Shown here piece after piece: positions 59,179 through 64,000 of a stretch of 64,000 bases of DNA (positions are counted from its first letter, which is position 1; each line of letters begins with the position of its first letter). This stretch comes from an uncultured Chloroflexia bacterium (GTDB lineage: Bacteria > Chloroflexota > Anaerolineae > Anaerolineales > Anaerolineaceae). The notes below the pieces were generated by a model, which saw only the letters and a program-made list of their open reading frames with translations, searched no databases and was not told where the DNA came from. The stretch lies in the NCBI GenBank assembly GCA_963831305.1, contig CAWHPL010000001.1:175352-239351 (forward strand). Direction: 5' to 3'. The position numbers and the translations under genes are program-made.

Positions 59179-59189
59179 ATGGAGGTTGA

Positions 59190-62100
59190 ATGTTCAAGCC
59201 TGTTTCACCAAAACTTAATGTAAATGAAATGGAAGAAAAAATCCTGCGCCACTGGCAGTGGCATGATATTTTCCATAAAAGTATGACGCAAAGGGAAGGC
59301 GGCAAAGAATACATCTTTTTTGAAGGACCGCCAACCGCCAATGGTAAACCGGGTGTGCACCATGTGCTTGCGCGCGCTTTCAAGGATATATTTCCACGAT
59401 ACAAAACCATGCAGGGTTATCATGTAGCACGTCGCGGAGGTTGGGATACTCATGGTTTGCCAGTGGAAATTGAAGTTGAGAAAAAACTTGGATTTACTAA
59501 TAAAAGGCAAATCGAAAGTTATGGTATCGAAAAGTTTAATGAACTTTGCAGAGAGTCAGCATTTACCTATATTAAAGAATGGGAGAAGTTAACGGATCGG
59601 ATCGCCTATTGGGTTGACCTGAAAGATGCCTATATCACTTATAAGAACGAATATATTGAGTCTGTTTGGTGGATTCTGAAGAACTTTTGGGAAAGGGATC
59701 TCCTTTACCAGGGATATAAGGTCGTTCCTTATTGCCCACGGTGTGGAACACCCCTTTCAGACCACGAGGTGGCGCAGGGCTATCGCGAGACTAGTGACCC
59801 CTCGGTATTTGTTCGAATGCCGCTTGTGGATGAGCCTGGCACATCCCTACTCGTTTGGACGACGACTCCCTGGACGCTACCGGCAAATGTGGCGGTTGCG
59901 GCAGGAGCGGATATTGATTATGTGAAAATCAAGCGCCAATTGGTTGAGGGAGGTTCAGAGCAGCTTATTCTTGCCGAGAACCTAGTCTCCAAAGTATTTG
60001 GTGATGAGGAAGTGAAAGTTGTTGAACGTTTAAAAGGGAAGCAACTGAAAGGGAAGAAATACAAACCTTTATTCACTTTCCTTCCAACCTCGAAACCCGC
60101 TCATTTTGTGGTATTGGGAACATTTGTTACCACCGAAGATGGCTCAGGGTTGGTGCATATTGCGCCCGCTTTTGGCGCGGATGACATGCAGGTGTCAATT
60201 GATTATGATTTGCCCATTCTCTCAACTGTTGCTGAAGACGGCACTTTTATTTCAGATGTTCAGCCATGGGCTGGAAAATTTGTGAAAGATGCCGATCCTT
60301 ACATTATCAGAGATTTGGATGACCGCGGATTACTGTTTAAAAAAGCAGAATATGTCCATACTTATCCATTCTGTTGGCGATGTGATACGCCTTTGTTGTA
60401 TTACGCCCGACCGACCTGGTATATCCGCACAAGTCAATTTAAAGACCGGATGGTGGAACTGAATAATCAGATCAATTGGTACCCGGGGCACATCCGGTCT
60501 GGACGGTTTGGTAACTGGCTTTCAAACAATGTGGACTGGGCGCTTGGACGGGAACGGTATTGGGGAACCCCATTGCCGGTTTGGGAATGCGAATCTTGTC
60601 ACAACCAGGCTTGTATTGGTTCAGTTGAAGAACTTTCAGAACGAGCCGGATATGATCTTACAAATTCAGATCTACACCGACCTTATGTGGATGATGTTAA
60701 GCTCAAATGCTCTGATTGTGGTGGCCGTATGAAACGGGTGCCAGAATTGATCGATGTGTGGTTTGATTCCGGATCGATGCCCTCGAGCCAGTGGCATTAC
60801 CCATTTGAAAATGAAGAGGAATTCAAAGAGCATTTCCCGGCTGATTATATTTGCGAAGCAGTTGACCAAACGCGAGGATGGTTCTACTCGCTGCATGCCA
60901 TCAGTACGCTATTGTTTGATACTAACTCATTTAAGAATGTGATCTGCCTCGGACATATCCTTGATGCCGATGGGCAAAAAATGTCCAAGACTCGTGGGAA
61001 TGTCGTTCCCCCGTGGGAGGTAATCGAGAAGCACGGCGCAGATGCGATGAGATGGTACTTGTATACCGCCAGTCCTCCGGGGCAAGAACGCCGGTTTTCA
61101 AGCGATCTGGTGGGTGAAGTGGTGCGTAACTTTACTTTGACTCTTTGGAATACCTATTCATTCTTTGTGACTTATGCAAACCTCGATGGCTGGCAGCCTG
61201 ATCCTGAAGCAAAGATCGAATACAGTCCACTCGACAAATGGCTGAGGTCTTCTTTGCACACCCTAGTTCGCGATGTGACTTATGCCCTGGAGACGTATGA
61301 TGTTTTAGGCGCAACCCGTCCGATCGAGCAGTTCGTTGATAATTTATCCAACTGGTATTTGCGCCGGTCGCGACGGCGTTTTTGGAAGAGCGGCTCGGAT
61401 AGTGATAAAAATGCAGCTTATGCAACCCTTTATGAAGCTCTGGTGACAGTATCGAAATTGCTTGCCCCGACAATGCCTTTCATTGCAGACGAGTTATATT
61501 TAAACCTTGTGGGCAGCCTTGATCAAAAGGCGGTTGAATCTGTGCACCTTATGGAATGGCCGCAGTATGACGCAGGCCTTATTGATGAAAAATTAAATAC
61601 AGCGATGACGCTGGTAATGAAATTAACTTCGCTGGGGCATGCAGCCCGCAATAAAGCGAACCGTAAGGTGCGCCAGCCTTTAGCTGAAGCGGCGTTTGCA
61701 ATGCCAAATCGCGAAGATGATAATGTAATTAAAGATTATGCAGACCTCCTCGAAGAAGAGTTGAACGTTAAAAGTGTACGCTCGTTAAACTCGGCTGCTG
61801 AGGCGGTTAGTTATATATTGAACCCGTTGCCCAAACAATTGGGCCAAAAATATGGCAATAAATTCCCTGAAATCAGGAAAAAAGTTCTGGAAATGAACGC
61901 CGAAAAAACGGCAATGACATTACTTTCTGGTAACTCAATTGAGGTGGAAGTGGCAGGGGAAAAGTTGGAACTTCTCCCTGAAGAAGTCGAGGTCAGGATC
62001 CAGGCGAGAGAAGGATTTTCAGTTGCGTCCGAGGGAGCATATGTAGCTGCACTGGTGACAGAGCTGACCCCTGAATTGGTGGAAGAAGGACTGGCACGCG

Positions 62101-62339
62101 AATTTGTCAGACGGCTGCAAGACTTGCGCAAGACGGCAGATCTGGATATCGCGGACCGTATCAAAGTAATTTACGCGGCAAGCCCAGTTCTGGCACGGGC
62201 GATTGAAACATTCTCGGCATATATCAAATCTGAAACCCTGGCGTTAGAATTAAACGAAGGGCAAAACACCAAGTGCTGGATTCAGGTGGAAGATGAATTC
62301 GATGGTGAGAAAGTGACCATCGCTCTCGAACGTCAATAA
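59190..62339 (+). CDS. ileS: isoleucine--tRNA ligase (type 2)
   Basis: 1049 aa: PPTANGKPGVHH (HIGH region), KMSKT, CP1 editing domain, GGAGG RBS. Confidence 0.95.
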   Translation: MFKPVSPKLNVNEMEEKILRHWQWHDIFHKSMTQREGGKEYIFFEGPPTANGKPGVHHVLARAFKDIFPRYKTMQGYHVARRGGWDTHGLPVEIEVEKKLGFTNKRQIESYGIEKFNELCRESAFTYIKEWEKLTDRIAYWVDLKDAYITYKNEYIESVWWILKNFWERDLLYQGYKVVPYCPRCGTPLSDHEVAQGYRETSDPSVFVRMPLVDEPGTSLLVWTTTPWTLPANVAVAAGADIDYVKIKRQLVEGGSEQLILAENLVSKVFGDEEVKVVERLKGKQLKGKKYKPLFTFLPTSKPAHFVVLGTFVTTEDGSGLVHIAPAFGADDMQVSIDYDLPILSTVAEDGTFISDVQPWAGKFVKDADPYIIRDLDDRGLLFKKAEYVHTYPFCWRCDTPLLYYARPTWYIRTSQFKDRMVELNNQINWYPGHIRSGRFGNWLSNNVDWALGRERYWGTPLPVWECESCHNQACIGSVEELSERAGYDLTNSDLHRPYVDDVKLKCSDCGGRMKRVPELIDVWFDSGSMPSSQWHYPFENEEEFKEHFPADYICEAVDQTRGWFYSLHAISTLLFDTNSFKNVICLGHILDADGQKMSKTRGNVVPPWEVIEKHGADAMRWYLYTASPPGQERRFSSDLVGEVVRNFTLTLWNTYSFFVTYANLDGWQPDPEAKIEYSPLDKWLRSSLHTLVRDVTYALETYDVLGATRPIEQFVDNLSNWYLRRSRRRFWKSGSDSDKNAAYATLYEALVTVSKLLAPTMPFIADELYLNLVGSLDQKAVESVHLMEWPQYDAGLIDEKLNTAMTLVMKLTSLGHAARNKANRKVRQPLAEAAFAMPNREDDNVIKDYADLLEEELNVKSVRSLNSAAEAVSYILNPLPKQLGQKYGNKFPEIRKKVLEMNAEKTAMTLLSGNSIEVEVAGEKLELLPEEVEVRIQAREGFSVASEGAYVAALVTELTPELVEEGLAREFVRRLQDLRKTADLDIADRIKVIYAASPVLARAIETFSAYIKSETLALELNEGQNTKCWIQVEDEFDGEKVTIALERQ

Positions 62340-62414
62340 AATCAATCTCCGATGGGGGCCTGATGAATGGCAATTGGTGATTAAGGTAAAATGAAATTAG
62401 CTATGGAGGATTGA

Positions 62415-62948
62415 TTGAAAAGAATTGCTAAGACTTATGGTTTGATGGTTTTAATTTCTGCATTTTTGATTGTGTTGGATCAATACACAAAATCTGTGAT
62501 TCGAACATATCTTGAATTTGGCGAGATATGGATGCCCTGGAAATGGCTGGAACCGTATGCGCGAATCATCCACATCAATAACACAGGCGCGGCGTTCGGC
62601 TTATTCAAAGGGGCTAACTCAATATTTATGGTTTTGGCAGTGATCGTGGCCGGTGCCATCATATATTACTATCCATCAATCTCTAAAAAAGATTGGGTGA
62701 TACGTATAGCCCTGTCGATGCAGCTGGCAGGCGCGGTGGGAAACCTTATCGACCGAATTCAGTTCGGGCGGGTGACGGATTTTATTTCCATAGGGACATT
62801 TGCAGTGTGGAATGTGGCAGACGCTTCGATAACCGTGGGGGTGGTTGTTTTATTAGTTGGCATTTGGGTGCAAGATAACCGCGAAAAAAAAGCGAAATTA
62901 TTAGCAACCGAAACCACTGATGAAGAACAAGGTGCAATGGTTGACTGA
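62415..62948 (+). CDS. lspA: lipoprotein signal peptidase II
   Basis: NTGAAFG, GNLIDR, and FAVWNVADASI. TTG start. Confidence 0.9.
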   Translation: MKRIAKTYGLMVLISAFLIVLDQYTKSVIRTYLEFGEIWMPWKWLEPYARIIHINNTGAAFGLFKGANSIFMVLAVIVAGAIIYYYPSISKKDWVIRIALSMQLAGAVGNLIDRIQFGRVTDFISIGTFAVWNVADASITVGVVVLLVGIWVQDNREKKAKLLATETTDEEQGAMVD

Positions 62949-63873
62949 GAAAATTGTAAACTTTACCGCTTCTTCAGTTCCAAGTGTGAGACTGGATAAA
63001 GCACTTGTAGCTTACCTGCCTGATTTTTCAAGGTCGCGCCTCCAATCACTTATCAAGAACGAATTAGTGAGCGTCAATAATACAGTAGTGACAAAAAATG
63101 GCTGGTTGGTCAACGCGGGTGATGCCATTGAGGTGGTTATCCCCGAAGTAGTTGAAACCGGGTTGATCGCGGAAGAAATTCCGCTGGATATTATTTTTGA
63201 AAATGAGGATGTTGCGGTAATCAATAAACCAGCTGGAATGGTCGTTCATCCATCGATTGGGCATGATTCAGGAACACTGGTAAATGCTGCTCTGGCTGAA
63301 TTTGAAGATTTGCAGGGGATTAACGGGGAGCTTCGCCCCGGGATTGTGCATCGATTGGATAAGGAAACGTCCGGGATCATTCTGTTGGCTAAGAATGAAA
63401 AAGCGCTGACCTTTTTGCAGAATCAATTTAAAAGCCGGCAGGTAACCAAGGCGTACATCGCTTTGGTTGATGGAAAACCACCTACGTCAGTCGGACGAAT
63501 TGAAGCGGCAATTGCACGTGACCCAGCCCACCGGAAAAAGATGGCGATTGTTTCCCCGGATAGAGGGCGGCATGCTGAATCTGAATACCGAACGCTGGAG
63601 ACTTTCAGTCAAAATACTTTGCTTGAAGTGCAGATCTTTACGGGAAGAACGCACCAGATCAGGCTTCACATGGCATTTTTGAAGTGCCCGATCGTGGGAG
63701 ACAAGGTTTACGGGCGAGTCCATCAAAACATTGAAATTAATCGCCATTTTCTCCATGCGGCGCGAATAAAGATAACCTTACCGGGTGAGGAAAAACCTCG
63801 AACTTTTGAAGCTCCATTGCCTGTTGAATTGCAGGATATTGTTGATACTCTGAGGAAAAATGAAAATCATTGA
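62920..63873 (+). CDS. rluD: RluA/RluD family pseudouridine synthase
   Basis: S4 domain, [25 protein letters not shown]. The start may be slightly downstream of 62920. Confidence 0.88.
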   Translation: MKNKVQWLTEKIVNFTASSVPSVRLDKALVAYLPDFSRSRLQSLIKNELVSVNNTVVTKNGWLVNAGDAIEVVIPEVVETGLIAEEIPLDIIFENEDVAVINKPAGMVVHPSIGHDSGTLVNAALAEFEDLQGINGELRPGIVHRLDKETSGIILLAKNEKALTFLQNQFKSRQVTKAYIALVDGKPPTSVGRIEAAIARDPAHRKKMAIVSPDRGRHAESEYRTLETFSQNTLLEVQIFTGRTHQIRLHMAFLKCPIVGDKVYGRVHQNIEINRHFLHAARIKITLPGEEKPRTFEAPLPVELQDIVDTLRKNENH

Positions 63874-64000
63874 TATGCGCTCTGATACAGTGACCCTCCC
63901 GACCGAGGAAATGCGGCAAGCCATGGCAACCGCAAAAGTTGGCGATGATGTTTATGGTGAAGACCCCACAGTAAATGAATTACAGGAACTTGCCGCACAA
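63860..64000 (+). CDS. ltaE: low-specificity threonine aldolase family (5' part, cut by window edge)
   Basis: Hand translation gives [47 protein letters not shown], the typical beta-eliminating-lyase/LtaE N-terminus. Confidence 0.75.
   Translation, partial: MKIIDMRSDTVTLPTEEMRQAMATAKVGDDVYGEDPTVNELQELAAQ

Overview
This is a bacterial chromosomal window made mostly of housekeeping operons, with two small accessory patches. The taxon cannot be proven from sequence alone. All calls come from reading the sequence and recalling motifs; no searches were run.

Left to right:
- 1-2623: an ECF sigma/anti-sigma cluster with two envelope proteins.
- 2726-7891: a deoxynucleoside kinase, lysA, a DEAD-box helicase broken by three frameshifts, degV and a GlsB-family gene.
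- About 8350-12660: a strongly AT-rich islet of roughly 4.3 kb. It carries a two-gene ABC-ATPase + Toprim/DUF4435-like module (a PARIS/AbiL-class candidate defence system) and a convergent orphan AAA+ ATPase.
- 12678-15822: nrdR-nrdJ with a perfect NrdR-box palindrome.
- 16132-18693: a SipW-type signal peptidase fusion flanked by two small secreted proteins that share an N-terminal motif.
- 18921-36394: a minus-strand dcw cluster, mraZ-rsmH-ftsL-ftsI-murF-mraY-murD-ftsW-murG-cvpA-murC-orf63-murB-ddl-ftsQ-ftsA-ftsZ. There is no murE, and mraZ, rsmH, murD and murG are each frameshifted as sequenced.
- 38028-41065: a ~3-kb segment (exported MsrAB, HD-GYP, ~620 bp of ORF-free AT-rich DNA) bracketed by a 20-bp identical direct repeat. 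One copy lies in the 3' end of comM and the other in a decayed second copy of that 3' end.
- 42601-50404: methyltransferases, patB, csp, a TPR protein and mtaB.
- 50584-53878: a KimA-type K+ importer with two TrkA/RCK genes.
- 53885-64000: rpmH-rnpA-yidD-(PQQ lipoprotein)-yidC-jag, pdp, a T-box leader with promoter and terminator in front of a type-2 ileS, lspA-rluD, and the start of a threonine aldolase.

No rRNA, tRNA, CRISPR array, transposase or integrase was recognised. Eight or nine frame disruptions sit in otherwise well-conserved, partly essential genes. That pattern suggests indel errors in the assembly rather than real decay.
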